From Hyalangium minutum (lineage in GTDB: Bacteria; Myxococcota; Myxococcia; Myxococcales; Myxococcaceae), in NCBI RefSeq assembly GCF_000737315.1, contig NZ_JMCB01000004.1, positions 310,001 to 374,000 of the forward strand: 64,000 nt of DNA, read 5' to 3'. Both the position numbers and the translations under genes were made by a program. Below, one piece after another: positions 18,401-30,381 of the stretch (positions are counted from its first letter, which is position 1; each line of letters starts with the position of its first letter). Under the pieces are notes generated by a model. The model was not told where the DNA came from and made no database searches. It saw only the letters and a program-made list of their open reading frames with translations.

Positions 18401-21400
18401 TCACCCGCGATCAAGCTCCGCCTGCACCCGCGCGGTCTCGTCCGGCATCTCCAGCTCGGAGAAGAGGGCGCGGGCCTTCAGCAAGTGCGGCCGCCGGTTG
18501 GGATCCTGCACGTCCATGTGGCGGCCGAGCTCGAGCCGCGCGAAGCCCTCCTCGAAGGGCATCTTGTGTTGCTGCGCCTCCGCCAGCGCCCGTTCCCAAG
18601 CATGGCGGGCTGCGGCCTGGCGTCCGGAGAGCCACGCCTCGCTGCCTCCGCACAGCCAGGCGAAGGAGCGCGCAAACGGGAGGATCAGCGCGAACATGCG
18701 CAGGATCTGGATGCCATCCCGCGCCTCCTTGAGAAGCTGCTCCCGGTCCGGATCGTTCTCGGCGGTGTGCTCCCAGAGGGCGAGGTGCACCTCGTTCATC
18801 GCGATGATGCCCGGGTACAGGAAGAAGGTGGCGGGCTTGATGGACTGCAGCACCTGGAGCGTCTGCGTGGCCATGCGGCGCGCCTGCGCAAGGTTGTTCT
18901 GACGCAGCCACGCCAGCCCCAGCGTGCCGTAGAGGACGATCTTCTCCGCGGCCTCGACGTTCGCCTCGATGTGAGGCACCTGCGAGACCACCGTCACGAT
19001 GGCCTCCGAGGAGCACCCGAGCCGCACCATGGGGCCCACCCGCATCACGGGCCCCCAGAGCTGCGTCTGCGTGGCACCTCGCCGCCGGGCCGACTGCTCC
19101 AGCCGATTCGCTAGATCGATGGCGCGCCGGTACCTCGCGCGGCACGTGTTCGCGCAGGTGAGGATGGCGCTCGTCTCCTCGGTCAACCGGTAGTCCCCGA
19201 GGCTGCTCGAGGTGTCGATGGAGCGGTTGCCCCAGACCTCCAACTCGTCCCAGCGGGCCTGTCCGATGCCGCTGGCCGCGCTGCGGGACAGCACGTACGC
19301 CACGTCGATGGGCGTGCCCACTTGCTGGGCCATTTCCTGGGCCCGGCGCATCCACGTCTCCGCGATGCGGCGCGTGGGCGGCAGGCTGAAGGCCACCACC
19401 GACATCAATGCATAGCCTCGCGCCAGGGTGGGGGAGGGGCCCAGAGGCTCGCAGGCGTTGAGCGTCCGCAGGCCCGCCCACGTCAGCCGCGGCATGTCCT
19501 GCGTATAGATGTAGTTGTCCGTGAGCCGCAGCAGGATGTGCCCGGCCTCGGCCTGAGCTTTCACGCGCTCGGCGCCGTGGACCTCGAAAGCCTCGGGCAC
19601 CGTGGCCTGGGACACGCGCTGGAGGATCTGTCCGAGCACTCCCGCGCCCCAGCCCACGGAAGAGGAGGGGACACGCCAGCCAAAGTGCCTCAGGGCGCGC
19701 TCGGCGTGCGTGCGGAACTTGTCCAGCAAGCCCAACTGGTAGAAGGCGTCCGCCAGCAGTGCCTCGATGTGTCCGAGCCGCGCGCGCTTCTCGGGAGACA
19801 GAGAGGAGACCTCACTCCCGTCCGGAGCCAGGAGCACCAGCGCTCGCTCCAGGTGCGGGATGGCCTCGCGGCAGGCATAGGCCGCCAACGCCTGCTCTCC
19901 GGCCCTCAGCGTGGAGAGGAGCTCCTTCTCTTGGTCTCCCGCCTTGCCCCAGTGGTACGCGAGCGCCACCGCCGAGTCGTGGGACTCCGGGTACGCCGCC
20001 TCGATGGCCGTGGCCGCCTGGCGATGGAGCAGCTGCTCGGTGCGCGGTGGCAAGTCCGCGAGCACGCCCTCACGCAGCTTGTCGTGCGCGAAGCGCCACT
20101 GGCCCTCGGAGAAGTCCAGCACCGCCGCGCTGGAGCACTCGGACAGGAATGCATCCATGCGCACGGTGGGCGCGCACACGCTCAGGATCTTGGGATCCAC
20201 GCGGCGCCCGATGACCGCCGCCAACTGGAGCAGCTCGCGCGCGGATGGGGGGAGCTTGGCCAGCCGCCGCTGGACGATCTCCCGCACGCCACCCGGGAAG
20301 ACCTTGGCGGGCAGCGGCGCACTGCCGATCCGCGCCAGTTGGCCGCTCTCGTCGGCCAGCGCTCGCACCACCTCCACGAGGAAGAACGGGTTGCCCTCCG
20401 TCTCCCGCCGTAGCAGCTCCACGATCTGCGGCGAGCGGCCCGAGGCACCGATCATCGACTCGGTGAGCACGGCGATGGCGTCCTCGCCGAGCCGGGGCAG
20501 CCGCAGTACCTCGGCCACTGGCATCAGGCTCGGAAGATCGGGGCGCTCGTCGTCGCGGTAGCTGGCGAGGATCAGCAGCGGCAGCGTCTTGGCCAGCGCC
20601 GAGATGCGAGCCAGCAGGAGCAGCGACTCACCGTGCGCCCAGTGCAGATCCTCCACGATGAGCACCGTGGGCTGGGGCACGCGCCGGATCAGATCCTCTA
20701 CCACCGCGAACAGGCGCGCCTGCGCCATCTCGGGATCCAGCTCGACGATCGCGGGTACGGCACGCCCGAGCAGGACCTCGATGTCCTCCACCAGCGGCCG
20801 GAGCACACCGGCCTCGAAGTCATTGGGCTCGGCCAGCAGCACCAGCCAGCGCAGCACCGAGCGCCACTCCTGATACGGGCTGCCGCCACCGCTGACGCCC
20901 TGGCCGCGAACGGCCACCGCGCCCCGCACCAGGGCCAGGGTGCGCACCTCGTCGAGCAGCCGGGACTTGCCCACGCCGCTCTCTCCACCGATCAGCCATG
21001 CGCTGCCCTTGCCGTTCAGCGCCTGCTCGAGCACTTTCTCGAAGCGCGCCAGCTCGCGCTCGCGGCCCACGAAGCGAGCACCTTGGAGGAAGCTCTCGCG
21101 CGTGGCTGAGGTCTCGATGACGACCTGGTGACCCGTGGCCTCGGTCAGCGCGCTCAGGGCCTCCTCGGCGCTGCGGTAGCGCTCGCGGGGATCGGGAGCG
21201 CTCAGCTTGCGCAGCACCTGCCCCAGCGCGCTCTCCTCGAAGCCCGCGGGCAAGCCCTTGGGGCCCGCGAAGAGCCGGTAGGCGACCATCCCCAGGCTGA
21301 ACAGATCCGAGGCCGCTGACGCCGGCTGCCCCTCGAAGAGCTCCGGCGCCACGAAGCCGGGAGTGCCCACCATGCCCTGGCCGTCCAGCCGCTCGCGGGC

Positions 21401-21901
21401 GATGGCCAGGCCGAAGTCGAGCACCTTCACCTGGCCATCCACCACCAGCACGTTGGCCGGCTTCAGATCACGGTGGATGACGCCCCAGCGGTGCATGTAC
21501 GCCAGCGCCTGGAGCACCTGCGCCAGCAGGCCCACGCGCACCTCGTGCGGCTGCTCCTTGCCCGCCTCGGTGATGGTCCGCGCGCCCTTGAGCAGGTCCA
21601 TCGTGTAGTAGGGGCGTGCCTGGTCATCGAACCCGTAGTCCAACACGCTGATGACGTGCGGGTGGTGCAGGGAGGTGAGGACCTTGAACTCGTCCGCCAG
21701 CCCCAGCGCGATCTCCGGGGGCTGTGTCTTGGCGCCCAGGCTGCGGGTGGCTTCGTCCGCCAGCTCCTCCACCGAGCGGTGAAGCCGCTTCAGCGCCACG
21801 ACGCCCGCGAGCCGATCCCGTGCGAGGTAGACCGTCCCCATCCCTCCCCGACCGACAACGTCCAGGACCTGGTAGCGGCGGCCAAGCACCTCTGCATTCA
21901 T
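18401..21901 (-). CDS. Ser/Thr protein kinase fused to AAA ATPase and helical (TPR-like) C-terminus
   Basis: GRGGMG, VALK, HRDLKPAN, DFG intact; GESGVGKS Walker A; LIVEDLHWA Walker B. Confidence 0.9.
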   Translation of the reverse strand: MNAEVLGRRYQVLDVVGRGGMGTVYLARDRLAGVVALKRLHRSVEELADEATRSLGAKTQPPEIALGLADEFKVLTSLHHPHVISVLDYGFDDQARPYYTMDLLKGARTITEAGKEQPHEVRVGLLAQVLQALAYMHRWGVIHRDLKPANVLVVDGQVKVLDFGLAIARERLDGQGMVGTPGFVAPELFEGQPASAASDLFSLGMVAYRLFAGPKGLPAGFEESALGQVLRKLSAPDPRERYRSAEEALSALTEATGHQVVIETSATRESFLQGARFVGRERELARFEKVLEQALNGKGSAWLIGGESGVGKSRLLDEVRTLALVRGAVAVRGQGVSGGGSPYQEWRSVLRWLVLLAEPNDFEAGVLRPLVEDIEVLLGRAVPAIVELDPEMAQARLFAVVEDLIRRVPQPTVLIVEDLHWAHGESLLLLARISALAKTLPLLILASYRDDERPDLPSLMPVAEVLRLPRLGEDAIAVLTESMIGASGRSPQIVELLRRETEGNPFFLVEVVRALADESGQLARIGSAPLPAKVFPGGVREIVQRRLAKLPPSARELLQLAAVIGRRVDPKILSVCAPTVRMDAFLSECSSAAVLDFSEGQWRFAHDKLREGVLADLPPRTEQLLHRQAATAIEAAYPESHDSAVALAYHWGKAGDQEKELLSTLRAGEQALAAYACREAIPHLERALVLLAPDGSEVSSLSPEKRARLGHIEALLADAFYQLGLLDKFRTHAERALRHFGWRVPSSSVGWGAGVLGQILQRVSQATVPEAFEVHGAERVKAQAEAGHILLRLTDNYIYTQDMPRLTWAGLRTLNACEPLGPSPTLARGYALMSVVAFSLPPTRRIAETWMRRAQEMAQQVGTPIDVAYVLSRSAASGIGQARWDELEVWGNRSIDTSSSLGDYRLTEETSAILTCANTCRARYRRAIDLANRLEQSARRRGATQTQLWGPVMRVGPMVRLGCSSEAIVTVVSQVPHIEANVEAAEKIVLYGTLGLAWLRQNNLAQARRMATQTLQVLQSIKPATFFLYPGIIAMNEVHLALWEHTAENDPDREQLLKEARDGIQILRMFALILPFARSFAWLCGGSEAWLSGRQAAARHAWERALAEAQQHKMPFEEGFARLELGRHMDVQDPNRRPHLLKARALFSELEMPDETARVQAELDRG

Positions 21902-22028
21902 GGTCTTCCTCTATCACGTCTCCCCAGCCTCGCGGAGATTGACCCGAGGAGGCGCGCAGTGGCTGCGCGGCTGACGAGGCCCCCCGCAAAACCTGCGTGT
22001 TTCACCCGGGGACACCCAGGAAGAATGG

Positions 22029-22044
22029 TGGCGCGAGCTTTGCT
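22029..22044 (+). promoter_or_regulatory. Sigma54 -24/-12 promoter
   Basis: TGGCGCGAGCTTTGCT: GG-N10-GC, one mismatch to TGGCACGNNNNTTGCW, about 43 nt upstream of ATG 22087. Confidence 0.7.
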
Positions 22045-22086
22045 GAAGGACTCGGGACCGGGCGCACTCCCGGTACGGAGTCCTAC

Positions 22087-22920
22087 ATGGTTACCCGCAG
22101 CGTTCCCTTGCTCCTGCTCGCCACGCTCCTGCTCACCACCGCCAGCCAGGCGGCAGGGTTGGAGCCCGGCTCCAGGATTCCGGTCCAGAACCCTCGCCCC
22201 CGCCCTATCCGGGCCGCCGAGCCGCTGCCGCAGGGCACCAGCCTCCCTCGCTTCCTCGAGGAGCCTGGGAAGGACGAGGCGCGCGTCGCGCTGTGGCTGC
22301 GCTTCAACCGGGAGGCGCGCCTGCTGGAAGAGGGCTCGCGGGACTTCTTGGGGACGATCATCCAGATCGCGGCGCAGGTGCCCCAGGGCATCATCTACGC
22401 GCACGAGCGCGTGCAGCTCGAGGCGGAGTTGCTGGCGGCCGAGCAGGAGATCCAGGCGCTGGTGGATGCTCGGGTGGAGCTGCTCGAGGAGCGGGGCCGG
22501 ACCGATCCAGAGCACGCCCTCCTCGAGGGAGAGCTGGCGCCGCCCTGGTCCCCGGATGGGCCGCTGGACCGGGAGGCGCTGGTGGCCATTGTCTTCGCGC
22601 ACACGGGCCGGGCGGGGCCGCTGAGCCCTGGGGTGGAGCAGGTGCTGACCCGGCTGGAGGGGGTGGAGCGGCGCCTGGACTCCATGGAGCGCCAGCTGCT
22701 GCCCGCAGCCGAGGAGGCCCTGGGCGGGGCGCTGCTGGCGCTGTCCTCGGCCGAGGCCACCATGCTCGAGGTGACGCACGGGCTGCACTTCCTCAAGCAT
22801 CAGCAGCGCACCCGGTTGGAACTGCGAGTGCACCGCGAGCTGCTGCTCATGGAGCTGGCGCGCGAGGCGGGCTGCCGGGTGGAGCAACTGCCTTGGGCGA
22901 AGGCTCCCATCGCTGGGTGA
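22087..22920 (+). CDS. Secreted helical protein, possibly a short TolC/CzcC-like outer-membrane factor
   Basis: Signal peptide after ATG 22087 (GGAG RBS); C-terminal '[11 protein letters not shown]...[10 protein letters not shown]' recalls OMF helices; only 277 aa. Confidence 0.5.
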   Translation: MVTRSVPLLLLATLLLTTASQAAGLEPGSRIPVQNPRPRPIRAAEPLPQGTSLPRFLEEPGKDEARVALWLRFNREARLLEEGSRDFLGTIIQIAAQVPQGIIYAHERVQLEAELLAAEQEIQALVDARVELLEERGRTDPEHALLEGELAPPWSPDGPLDREALVAIVFAHTGRAGPLSPGVEQVLTRLEGVERRLDSMERQLLPAAEEALGGALLALSSAEATMLEVTHGLHFLKHQQRTRLELRVHRELLLMELAREAGCRVEQLPWAKAPIAG

Positions 22921-22993
22921 AACCCAAGCGAGCGGGGGCGTTTGCCTGACAGAAGCGCTTCCCTGGACCCGGACCGGCGGTAGTCTGCTGCCT

Positions 22994-24148
22994 ATGGCGG
23001 AGACCTTGTTCGAGGAGCTGAAAAGGTACGTGGGTTTCAGCACGGAAGATGAGCGGGCCCTGCTCTCCTTCCATACTGTCGCGCGCGATCACTTCGCACG
23101 GATCGCCAAGGTGTTCTACGCCCGGATTCTCGAGCACGAGGGAGCCCGCACGGCCCTCGAGGGCGGCGAGAGCCAGGTGGGCCACCTGAGGGGCGAGCTG
23201 CAGCTCTGGATGGAGCAACTGCTGCATGGTCCGTGGGATGAGTCCTATTACGAGATGCGCTGCCGGATTGGCCGTAAGCACGTGCGCATCTCGCTTCCGC
23301 AGCACTACATGTTTGGAGCGATGAACGTGCTCAGGCAGGAGTTCAACGCGGTCATCGACGACAACTACCGGGACAAGCCCCAGGAGCTGGCGGCGATCCG
23401 CGGGGCCATGGCCAAGATCCTGGATCTGGAGCTGGCCATCATGCTCCACACGTACCGGGAGGATCTGCTCGCGCAGCAGGCCCGCAGCGAGCGCCTCTCC
23501 ACCTTCGGCCAGCTGGTGGGTTCCATTGGCCACGAGCTGCGCAACCCGCTGGGCGTCATCGAGACCTCGCTCTTCATCCTCAAGGGCCGCCAGACCACGC
23601 CGGATGAGCGCACGGTCAAGCACCTGGACCGCATCGGCGAGCAGGTGACCATCGCCAACCGCATCGTCTCGGACCTGCTGGACATGATCCGCGACCGGCC
23701 CCTGAAGCGGGAGCCCATGCAGCTCGCGGAGGTGTGGCAGAGCGCGGCCAGCGCCGTCCATCCCCCTGCGCAGGTGACGGTGACCGCACGGGGGTTGGAG
23801 GCGCTGCCCACGCTGCAGGGAGATCCCCACCAGCTCCGGCAGGTCTTCCTCAACTTGCTGGAGAACGCCATCCAGGCCGTGGGGGACTCGGGAACGGTGG
23901 AGCTGACGGCCAAGGTGCTGCCGGACATGGTGGAGCTGGCGCTGGAGGACTCCGGACCGGGGGTGAGCGAGACCATCCGCCGCAGGCTCTTCGAGCCGTT
24001 GATGACCACCAAGGCGCGCGGTATTGGCCTGGGCCTGCCGCTCGTCAAGCGCATCCTCGAGCGCCACGGCGGCTCCATCTCATACTCCCCCCGCCCGGAG
24101 CGCGGGGCCGGCGCGCGCTTCGTGCTGCGGTTGCCGCTCGTGTCCTAG
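22994..24148 (+). CDS. Globin-coupled sensor histidine kinase (AfGcHK-like)
   Basis: Protoglobin domain ([16 protein letters not shown] distal Tyr, RIGRKHVRI proximal His), GHELRNP H-box, NLLENA, DSGPG, GLGL; closely resembles the Anaeromyxobacter globin-coupled kinase from recall. Confidence 0.9.
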   Translation: MAETLFEELKRYVGFSTEDERALLSFHTVARDHFARIAKVFYARILEHEGARTALEGGESQVGHLRGELQLWMEQLLHGPWDESYYEMRCRIGRKHVRISLPQHYMFGAMNVLRQEFNAVIDDNYRDKPQELAAIRGAMAKILDLELAIMLHTYREDLLAQQARSERLSTFGQLVGSIGHELRNPLGVIETSLFILKGRQTTPDERTVKHLDRIGEQVTIANRIVSDLLDMIRDRPLKREPMQLAEVWQSAASAVHPPAQVTVTARGLEALPTLQGDPHQLRQVFLNLLENAIQAVGDSGTVELTAKVLPDMVELALEDSGPGVSETIRRRLFEPLMTTKARGIGLGLPLVKRILERHGGSISYSPRPERGAGARFVLRLPLVS

Positions 24149-24158
24149 AGGGTGCTTC

Positions 24159-24869
24159 ATGAGAAACTTCCTCCTTCTCGATGACAACAAGGCCTTCGCC
24201 GAGAACATCGCCGAGATTCTTCGGGACTCGGGGAGCCTGGCCACGGTGGTCACGGACGGCGTCGAGGCGCTCTCGCTGGCGAAGTCCCAGCGCTTCGACG
24301 TGTTGCTCACGGATATGAAGATGCCGGGCATGAGCGGCGCGGCGGCCGTGCACCACATCCGCAAGGTGGATCCGGGGATCGCCGCCGTGGTCATCACCGC
24401 CTATCCGGGTGAGAACGATCTGGAAGCGGCGCGCCGGGAGGGCCTGCTGGCCGTGCTGCCCAAGCCGGTTCCGTTGCCCACGCTGATGGGGCTGCTGTCG
24501 AGCGCGAGGCGGGATGGGCTGGTGGCGCTGGTGGAGGATGATCCCGCGATGGCGGACAACCTGAGCGAGGTGCTCCGCACACGGGGCTTCTCGTGCGTGA
24601 CGGCCCGCTCGGTGCTGGAGACGGAGCAGCTCTCCATGGTGAAGCCCTTCGCGGCCCTGGTGGATCTGCGCCTGCCGGGCGGCCCAGATGGCGAGGCGCT
24701 GCGCCGGCTCCGCGCCCGCTTCCCGGAGATGCCCCTCTTCGTCGTCACCGCCTACCCGGAGCTGGCTCCGCTGGAGAGTGCCGCCGGCGTCTTCGCCAAA
24801 CCCTTCGACACCGCCGCGCTGGTGCATGCGCTGGAGCGGGCGCATACCGCGCGTCTGGGTGCCGTATGA
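24159..24869 (+). CDS. Response regulator with two receiver domains
   Basis: LLLDDN...TDMKMPG...KP and LVEDD...VDLRLPG...KPF. Confidence 0.88.
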   Translation: MRNFLLLDDNKAFAENIAEILRDSGSLATVVTDGVEALSLAKSQRFDVLLTDMKMPGMSGAAAVHHIRKVDPGIAAVVITAYPGENDLEAARREGLLAVLPKPVPLPTLMGLLSSARRDGLVALVEDDPAMADNLSEVLRTRGFSCVTARSVLETEQLSMVKPFAALVDLRLPGGPDGEALRRLRARFPEMPLFVVTAYPELAPLESAAGVFAKPFDTAALVHALERAHTARLGAV

Positions 24870-25987
24870 GCCCCGAGCTGCGCCACGCACGTGTCCTGGT
24901 GGTGGACGACAACGCGGCCTTTCTCGACAACCTCCAGGAACTGCTGAGCGACGCGGGCTATGAGGTCGGCGTCGCGAGCAGTTGCCAGGCCGCGCGCGAG
25001 CGCGCGAAGGAGGGCTTCGATGTGTCGCTGGTGGATCTCCGTCTGCCAGACGGAGAAGGCACCTCGCTGGCCGCCGAGCTGAAGAAGGCGATGCCGGAGT
25101 CCGAGGTGGTGCTGCTCACCGGCTTCGCCACCCTGGAGACGGCGATGGCGGCGGTGCGGGCGGGCGCGTGCGCCTACCTGATGAAGCCGTGCGCGCCCCA
25201 GGAGCTGCTGCTCACGCTGGAGCAGGCCATGCGGCAGGTGCGCCTGCACGGGGAGAAGCGGGTGCTGGCCCGGCGCGCCCAGATGACGGAGAAGCTGGCG
25301 GCGGTGGGCACGATGACCGCAGGCCTCTCGCACGAGATCCGCAATCCGCTGAACGCGGCGGCGCTGCAGCTGTCCGTGCTGGAGCGGAGGGTGCGCAAGC
25401 TCCCCGAAGGTCAGCAGGGCCCGCTGCTCGAGCCGCTGGGGCTGGTGCGAGACGAGATCCGCAGACTGGATCACATCCTGGAGGACTTCCTCCAGTTCGC
25501 GCGGCCTCGCGAGTTCCGGCCGGAGCCGGTGGAGGTGGAGGCGCTCCTGCGCCGCGTGGGGGATCTGCTGGGCAGCCAGGCCGAGGCGCGGAAGGTCAAG
25601 CTCGAGGTGGTGCTGCCCTCTCCCATCTCCCGGGTGCTCGGTGAGGAGGAGCGGCTGCGCCAGGTGCTCATCAACCTGACACTCAATGCGCTGGATGCCA
25701 CGCCGGAGGGCGGCGAGGTCCGGCTCTCGGCGAGCGAGGACTCCCGGGGCATCTGGGTGACCGTGGACGACACGGGGCCTGGGATTCCTGTCGCGGTGCG
25801 TGATCGCATCTTCGAGCCCTTCTTCACCACGAAGGCGCAGGGTTCGGGCCTGGGGCTCCCCATCGTGCACGCCATCGTGACGCAGCATGGCGGAACGCTC
25901 GAGGTAGGAGAGGCGCCTGGGGGCGGCGCCCGCTTCGTGCTGTGGCTGTCCAAGGGGGCTCCTGCACCGGCGCAACCAGTGGGGTAG
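24866..25987 (+). CDS. Hybrid REC-histidine kinase
   Basis: VLVVDDN, VDLRLPD, SHEIRNPL, NLTLNA, DTGPG, GSGLGL; start ATG 24866. Confidence 0.9.
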   Translation: MSPELRHARVLVVDDNAAFLDNLQELLSDAGYEVGVASSCQAARERAKEGFDVSLVDLRLPDGEGTSLAAELKKAMPESEVVLLTGFATLETAMAAVRAGACAYLMKPCAPQELLLTLEQAMRQVRLHGEKRVLARRAQMTEKLAAVGTMTAGLSHEIRNPLNAAALQLSVLERRVRKLPEGQQGPLLEPLGLVRDEIRRLDHILEDFLQFARPREFRPEPVEVEALLRRVGDLLGSQAEARKVKLEVVLPSPISRVLGEEERLRQVLINLTLNALDATPEGGEVRLSASEDSRGIWVTVDDTGPGIPVAVRDRIFEPFFTTKAQGSGLGLPIVHAIVTQHGGTLEVGEAPGGGARFVLWLSKGAPAPAQPVG

Positions 25988-25996
25988 GCTGCCGGG

Positions 25997-28168
25997 GTGT
26001 CCCGGTACGCGTTCACGCTCTTCGCGAGCGCCTTCCTGCTGTTCGGCGTCCAGCCGCTGGTAGGGCGGTTCGCGCTGCCGTGGTTCGGCGGGACGCCGGC
26101 CGTGTGGACCGCGTGCATGCTCTTCTTCCAGGCCGCGCTGCTGGCGGGCTACGCCTACGCGCACGTCGTGGCCACGCGGCTGACGCCTCGCTCCCAGGTG
26201 AAGCTGCACCTGGGGCTGCTGGGGCTCACGGTGGTGGTGCTCGCCGCGCGGGCCCTGTGGGGAGGCTCGCCCGTGGCGCCCGGGCCGGAGTGGCGGCCGT
26301 CTGGAGCGGAGGGACTCACGGGGCGCCTGCTGGCGATGTTGACGGTGACGATCGGCTTGCCCTTCTTCGTGCTGTCCACCTCGGCGCCGCTGCTGCAGAG
26401 CTGGTTCGCCCGGGTGAGGCCGGGTGTGGCCCCGTACCGGCTCTATGCGCTGTCCAACGCGGGTTCCCTGCTCGCGCTGCTGAGCTACCCCTTCCTCGTA
26501 GAGCCTGCCGTGCCGCGTGGCGTGCAGGGCTGGGCGTGGGCGGTGGGCTTCGGGATCTTCGCCGTGGGGTGCGCCGCGTGCGCGAGGGAGCTGTGGACGG
26601 CAGGAGTGGCCACTCCTGGAGAGAGCACTGCCTCCGAGCCAGCGCCCTCGCCACAGGAGGAGGGCACGCGGCCCGGACTGGGACGCACGCTGGCGTGGCT
26701 GGGGTTGAGCGCGTGCGCGTCCGTGCTGCTGCTGGCGACCACGAATCAGCTCTCGCAGGATGTGACGGCTGGGCCGTTCCTGTGGGTGCTGCCGCTCGCG
26801 CTGTACCTGCTCACCTTCATCCTCACCTTCGAGCGTGACGGGTTGTACTCGCGCGCGGTGTTCTCCCTGCTGCTCATCGGCGCGGTGGCTGGTGTGACGT
26901 GGGTGCTCGTGTCAGGGCCGCACACGCCGATGAGCCTCCAGCTCCTGGCCTACGGCGGCGCCCTGCTGGCTGGGGGCATGGTGTGCCATGGTGAGCTGTA
27001 CCGCTTGCGGCCTGCGCCTCGGCACCTGAGTGCCTTCTACCTCTGGGTGTCGGTGGGTGGTGTGCTCGGAGGGGTGTTCGTCAGCCTCGTGGCGCCTCGG
27101 GTCTTCTCGACGTTCGCGGAGTACCCGCTCGCGCTCGGGGCGTGCTGCCTCGTCTCGTTGCTCACCATGCTTCCGGGTTTTGCCGCCGAGGAGCGGGTGG
27201 AGCGGCTGCGGCGTGCTGTGCGCATCTTCCTCCTCATCTTTGTGGCCGTGCGCCTGACCGATGCCGTGAAGGAGCTCCAGCGCGAGAGCCTGCTCTCTGC
27301 GCGGAACTTCTTCGGCGTGGTGCAGGTGCTGGAGCAGGGACGGGACAAGCCCGCCGAGCACCGCTTCACGCTCAAGCACGGCGCCATCGCCCACGGCGTC
27401 CAGTACACCGAGTCCATGCGGCGGCGGCAGCCCATGTCCTACTTCACCCCGGAGAGCGGGCTGGGACTGGCTGTGGCCGAGCACCGCCGCCTGCGCAAGG
27501 CCGTGGGGCTGCCGCCGGGGCTGCGCTTCGGGGTGCTCGGGCTGGGCGTGGGCTCCACCGCCGCGCTGGCCGAGGCCGAGGACTCGGTGCGCTTCTACGA
27601 GATCAACCCCCAGGTCATCTCCCTGGCGCGAGGGCAGGGTGGCTACTTCAGCTACCTCGCGGACACCGCCGCGCGCGTGGAGATCGTAGAGGGAGACGCG
27701 CGCATCTCACTGGAGCGGGAACAGGCGCAGGGCTTCGACGTGCTCGCGGTGGACACCTTCAGCTCGGACGCCATCCCCATGCACCTGATCACCGAGGAGG
27801 CCGTCGCGCTCTACCGTGGCCACCTCGCGACCCACGGCGTGCTGGCGCTGCACATCAGCAACGCACACCTGGATCTGGTGCCCGTGGCACTGGCGCACGC
27901 GAAGGCCTTCGCGATGCATGCGACCGTGGTGGTTCACGATCCCACAGAGGATGCGGCGCGCAGCGTGTGGGTGATTCTCAGCCCGGACGGGGAGTTCTCC
28001 TGGGGCCCCACCTTCACGCATGCGGTAGCGCGCGTGCGCCGCTTGGAGTGGGTGGGTACGCACGCGGTGAGGTGGACGGACGAGCACGGGAGCGTGCTGC
28101 CCCTGCTCTGGCGAGGCGACTGGCAGGGCGAGGTGCGGGAGTTTGTCCGCGCCGCCGCCCAGCCCTGA
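25997..28168 (+). CDS. Fused MFS-like membrane domain / spermidine synthase-like SAM-dependent protein
   Basis: About 12 TM segments then LGLGVG, FYEINP, EGDAR, VDTFSSDAIP, LHISN motifs. Confidence 0.85.
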   Translation: MSRYAFTLFASAFLLFGVQPLVGRFALPWFGGTPAVWTACMLFFQAALLAGYAYAHVVATRLTPRSQVKLHLGLLGLTVVVLAARALWGGSPVAPGPEWRPSGAEGLTGRLLAMLTVTIGLPFFVLSTSAPLLQSWFARVRPGVAPYRLYALSNAGSLLALLSYPFLVEPAVPRGVQGWAWAVGFGIFAVGCAACARELWTAGVATPGESTASEPAPSPQEEGTRPGLGRTLAWLGLSACASVLLLATTNQLSQDVTAGPFLWVLPLALYLLTFILTFERDGLYSRAVFSLLLIGAVAGVTWVLVSGPHTPMSLQLLAYGGALLAGGMVCHGELYRLRPAPRHLSAFYLWVSVGGVLGGVFVSLVAPRVFSTFAEYPLALGACCLVSLLTMLPGFAAEERVERLRRAVRIFLLIFVAVRLTDAVKELQRESLLSARNFFGVVQVLEQGRDKPAEHRFTLKHGAIAHGVQYTESMRRRQPMSYFTPESGLGLAVAEHRRLRKAVGLPPGLRFGVLGLGVGSTAALAEAEDSVRFYEINPQVISLARGQGGYFSYLADTAARVEIVEGDARISLEREQAQGFDVLAVDTFSSDAIPMHLITEEAVALYRGHLATHGVLALHISNAHLDLVPVALAHAKAFAMHATVVVHDPTEDAARSVWVILSPDGEFSWGPTFTHAVARVRRLEWVGTHAVRWTDEHGSVLPLLWRGDWQGEVREFVRAAAQP

Positions 28169-28183
28169 CGGCTGGGCCTTCAG

Positions 28184-28333
28184 TTACGGCGCACTGGGAG
28201 GGGGGGGCTTGTCCCGAGACTTGTCGTCGGACTTGTGGATGTCCACGCGCGAGCTCCAGAGCCCTGGGCCCAAGAGCACCACGAGAACGACCATCACCAC
28301 CATTCCAATCAATGTCTCGAGCCAGAACCCCAC
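28184..28333 (-). CDS. Small single-pass membrane protein (49 aa, not in ORF track)
   Basis: GGAGGG RBS 4 nt before GTG 28333; MGFWLETLIGMVVMVVLVVLLGPGLWSSRVDIHKSDDKSRDKPPPPSAP*; begins 13 nt after the stop of the sigma54 regulator. Confidence 0.6.
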   Translation of the reverse strand: MGFWLETLIGMVVMVVLVVLLGPGLWSSRVDIHKSDDKSRDKPPPPSAP

Positions 28334-28345
28334 GCGTCCCTCCGA

Positions 28346-29755
<1,410 letters not shown>

Positions 29756-29852
29756 AAGGGGAAGCTCACACTAGCAAGCGGCGAGGAAAGGGGGCGGCTT
29801 GGCGGCACGGCCCGGGAGGCCGCGACAGGGGGTGGAACAGCGGGTGCTCTCT

Positions 29853-30323
29853 CTAGAGAGGCGAGGGGACGCGGGGGCCGTCCTCCCAGACCTCCACGAC
29901 CGGTTCGATGCGGGGCGCCAGGTGCATCATGGAGCTGGGGAAGCACCGGCCCGGCAGCTCCTCGAAGAGGGTTCTCACCCGCTCCGCGTCCTGCTCGGAG
30001 CGGACGGCGACGTGAGGCCGGATGATGAAGTCCGTGAAGTGGGGCAGGCCGCCCGGGCCCTCCACGCGCCGGCCCATGGCGGTGCTCTGGTAGAACACGA
30101 TGTCGAGCGACTCGGCCCGGGCCTGCTGCAGGAACATCTGCAGGATGCGTCCTTCCAGGGCGCCCACGAGCAGCGTCTCGGGACACCATCGGTCCTCGTG
30201 AGGATGGCCGCCGGTACGGGCGGCGAGCGGCAGTGCCGGGGCGTGCTCGCTGGTGAGCAGGACCCACTGCGATCCTTGCCACTGCAGGCGGGTCTCGAAT
30301 TCGGTGACGGCGATGGAGGTCAT
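29853..30323 (-). CDS. OsmC/Ohr-family protein (first conserved Cys replaced by Arg)
   Basis: Start ATG 30323 with AGGAG RBS; WCPETLLVGALEGRIL, FTDFIIRPHV, GRCFPSS. Confidence 0.7.
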   Translation of the reverse strand: MTSIAVTEFETRLQWQGSQWVLLTSEHAPALPLAARTGGHPHEDRWCPETLLVGALEGRILQMFLQQARAESLDIVFYQSTAMGRRVEGPGGLPHFTDFIIRPHVAVRSEQDAERVRTLFEELPGRCFPSSMMHLAPRIEPVVEVWEDGPRVPSPL

Positions 30324-30358
30324 GGGAGGGCTCCTACGGCAGCTTGGGAGGTCATCCA

Positions 30359-30374
30359 TTCAACGCACATGCCA
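30359..30374 (-). promoter_or_regulatory. Candidate sigma54 promoter for the OsmC-like gene
   Basis: Minus strand TGGCATGTGCGTTGAA: strong -24 box, -12 reads TTGA rather than TTGC, correct spacing. Confidence 0.45.
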
Positions 30375-30381
30375 AGCGAGC

